A DNA stretch of 64,000 bases. Origin: Protoeuglena noctilucae. Lineage: Eukaryota. Made by a program: the position numbers and the translations under genes. The stretch covers positions 992,001-1,056,000 of the forward strand of contig OY253671.1 in assembly GCA_958009085.1 (NCBI GenBank), read 5' to 3'. Under the pieces are notes generated by a model, which saw nothing but the letters and a program-made list of their open reading frames with translations, was not told the origin of the DNA and made no database searches. Positions 61,739 through 64,000 of the stretch are shown here, one piece after another (the first letter of the stretch is position 1; each line of letters opens with the position of its first letter).

Positions 61739-62628
61739 ATGCTCGCTGTGGCTAGTCCGGCGCTCAAGGCCGTCCCTGCTTGTCTGAGAGCTCGAGCTCT
61801 TAGCTCACACACCGGCCGGCTGTCCATCCGTGCACAGGGAGGGATGGCCGGGCCGCTCCATGGGGACGTGTTCTTCTTGGACGGCTTCGCGCTGCGCCAG
61901 TGGGACGATCCCGGTTATTCGGGCACCAAGATAAGCTTCGACAAGGCCGAGTTTGTGCGAAAGGTACACGAGTTCCATCGGCAGGGCGCGCCGCTCGTGG
62001 ACGGCTATGCACCCTTTTGCAAGGTAAGCGGGGTGCTGCTCCACAGCGGCTGTCCCCCTGTGGGGTGGGCAACGACGCGACGGCACTGTGCGACGCTTGC
62101 CCGCAGCACATCTTCGTCCCCAACTTCGTGGGCGCCAAAGTCGGGGCTCTGCGAATTACGGCGTCCAACCGCAGCCTGCTGCGTAGCGGCTATCGGCGCC
62201 GGCGGCCGGAGGAGCTCGCCGTCCTGAGCCGGTGGTTTGACCGAGCGGATGTGGAGCCTCCACTGGCCAAAATGCTCGACGTCATCCTCTACTCGCGAGA
62301 GCAAATCCTCAAGGAGTACGAGGCGCTCCCCGCCGCCGACAAGTCGGGTCCCGCGGTGCCGGACGCCCCCTGGGGCATCATCTCCATCAAGGCCCAGGAC
62401 GAGGACTACGAGACGCCGGTGACTGGCTGCGCTATCGAAGACGGCATGTATTAGGAATGCGCCGCGGCTCTCCAGGGTCCCTTGCGCGTCTCTCGCATGC
62501 AGATGCAGCCCATCACGATCATGAGGAACTCGCTCGGCCGAGAGGAGGGCGGCAGCGGGGTGCCTCTGGACCGCGAGGCGTACGAAGCGTCCTGCGCGTT
62601 TTGGGAAGAGCATGCCATCATTTCCTGA
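61739..62628 (+). CDS. DUF3228 family protein (FAP173-like)
   Basis: FFLDGFALRQWDD, LVDGYAPFCKHIFVPNF, ELAVLSRWF, LDVILYSREQI, WGIISIKAQ, PMQPITIMRNSLGREEGGSGVPLDREAY. Confidence 0.88.
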
Positions 62629-63184
62629 GCCTATCGCGTCACTGCGTCGCCAGGCTTTCGCGAGCTTGCGAAAGTCTTGTGACATTTAAGGGATTTATGC
62701 GGAAGGCGACCAGGGATGACCTGGGCGGCCCGCTGTGGCCCGCTGTCGGGGATTCCGAGCAAGCCATCCCTCGAAATCGCTCGCAACGCGGTCCCGCACA
62801 CGACCGCGCCCGACATTTCGCGCCGCGTGCCGATAAAAGGGCGAGATCCGCTTTTGTTTTCTGACACCCGGGAGATCCCGCGCCTCGGGGTGTCGTGGAG
62901 CCATCGGGGCACGCGAATCGACTGTCGTTGCACCGATCGACGTCGGCAGTGACGCTCGCCTGCCGTGCGTCCCTCTCGCGAGCAGACGGCGGGCAACAAG
63001 ATCCACAGACCTTGGGCACTCGCCTGGCGCTACCTGCGCTGCATCAGAAGTGCGCAGCCGCCTGCGTGAGCGAGCGGGACGGCGCGGGGGGCCGGTGATG
63101 CGAAGGAGCGGGGAGTGGGCCTGAGGGCAGCGGCGTGAGCTGGCAGGTCCCAGGCCTGTGCCCGACCGCCCCAGCCCAGGCGAC

Positions 63185-64000
63185 ATGGAGGCGGGGGTCC
63201 CGCAGGTCCCAGAAGTCGACATCCCAGATGTCTACACCCTCAAGGTGCCATGGCCCAGCCGCGGAGGGCGCTGGCCCCGGTCTAGGAGGGGCACGGGCAT
63301 GGCTAGTCCAGCAGCACTGCCAGCCTGAGCCCCGCCATGGGTGCCGTCGCCTTCACCGCCAGCGCCGCCCGTGCGCAGAGGCAGCGAGCGCGCTGTTCAC
63401 GCGCTCCCGCGTGCCGCCTACCGCCGCAGGCCGACACCGAGCTCCCGCTTCGTCAGATTGACAACCTGGCCATCTTCCGTTCTCGGGAGGACGGCAGCAG
63501 GGAGATGTGCACGCTCGATGAGGCCCTGGAACTCGAGCCGCTTCGACTGGGGGGAGCGCGGCCGGGCGGTCGTGGGCGTGCCGCACAGCGCGAGGCCCCC
63601 CGGGTCTCCATGACCGGCGTGCTGCACTGCCTGGGAGAGGAGGAGGCGGGCCACCCACCCCTGAGAGTCGAGCTGGGGCCGCCGAGAGACTGGTGCATTG
63701 AGCACGACCAGCTGCCCTGCATTTGGATCGTTACCGACCACGGTGAGGGCGCGGCAGGGCCAGGGGGAGGGAAGCAGGGTGCCACAGGGTGCCGTGCGTG
63801 CATGAAACGCGCACGGCTCCGGCGTCCACGCAGGCTGGTACCGCGTTGCCAGGACGGACAGCGCCTTCTCGCGCAGCTGGTGGGCGACACAGCGCAAGTT
63901 TGACCTGGCGACCCGTGCGGCGCGAGGTGGGAGCCGTGCCCTTGCATGTTCGCGCTCGCCCCATGCAACCTGTGGCCGCTTGCTTCCCTGACCGGTTTCC
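63185..64000 (+). CDS. 5' part of an RFTS (DNMT1 replication-foci domain) protein, truncated by the window end
   Basis: LPLRQIDNLAIF...MTGVL...VELGPPRDWCIEHDQLPCIWIVTDH|GWYRV fits the recalled RFTS pattern (W.I.y...iwi.T..awY.L). Confidence 0.7.

Noticed and set aside
1..64000. Alternative genetic code (TAR=Gln, as in some ulvophytes)
   Set aside because: TAG, TAA and TGA all end conserved proteins at the expected positions (COP1, Hsp110, PRS, ERG24).
1..64000. Introner-like repeated introns
   Set aside because: Introns in unrelated genes showed no shared sequence beyond splice and branch signals; similarity appears only among PRS paralogs.

Overview
This is very GC-rich eukaryotic nuclear DNA, most likely from a chlorophyte green alga. 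The evidence is an ARC3 plastid-division gene, a PPR-SMR gene, class II PRPP synthetases, COP1 and a TGTAA poly(A) signal. The window is gene-dense, with about 25 intron-containing genes and introns mostly 55-150 bp. Most ORFs in the supplied track are GC-driven shadow frames or exon fragments. Genes in order: F-box/LRR, a large repeat protein with three VHL-beta-like domains, secreted YHYH protein, ARC3, SWIM/MULE-derived gene, COP1, double NTF2-like protein, PPR-SMR, TAP-like ABCB, GNL1-like GTPase, serine racemase, DHODH, MutT, degenerate 5'-nucleotidase, dual-specificity phosphatase, Hsp110, RecQ4, three tandem PRPP synthetases, sterol C14 reductase, RJL GTPase, DUF3228 and a partial RFTS-domain gene. 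Main observations: (1) at least 16 GC-AG introns, far above the usual ~1%; (2) an apparently exact 2086-bp-period duplication that creates a chimeric PRPP synthetase; (3) an unrecognised, probably acylated protein with three VHL-like domains and several repeat types; (4) ARC3 without MORN repeats; (5) a probable pseudo-enzyme 5'-nucleotidase; (6) a MULE-like gene lacking its DDE core. Gene models were spliced by eye, family calls come from recalled motifs without database searches, and some start codons are uncertain.
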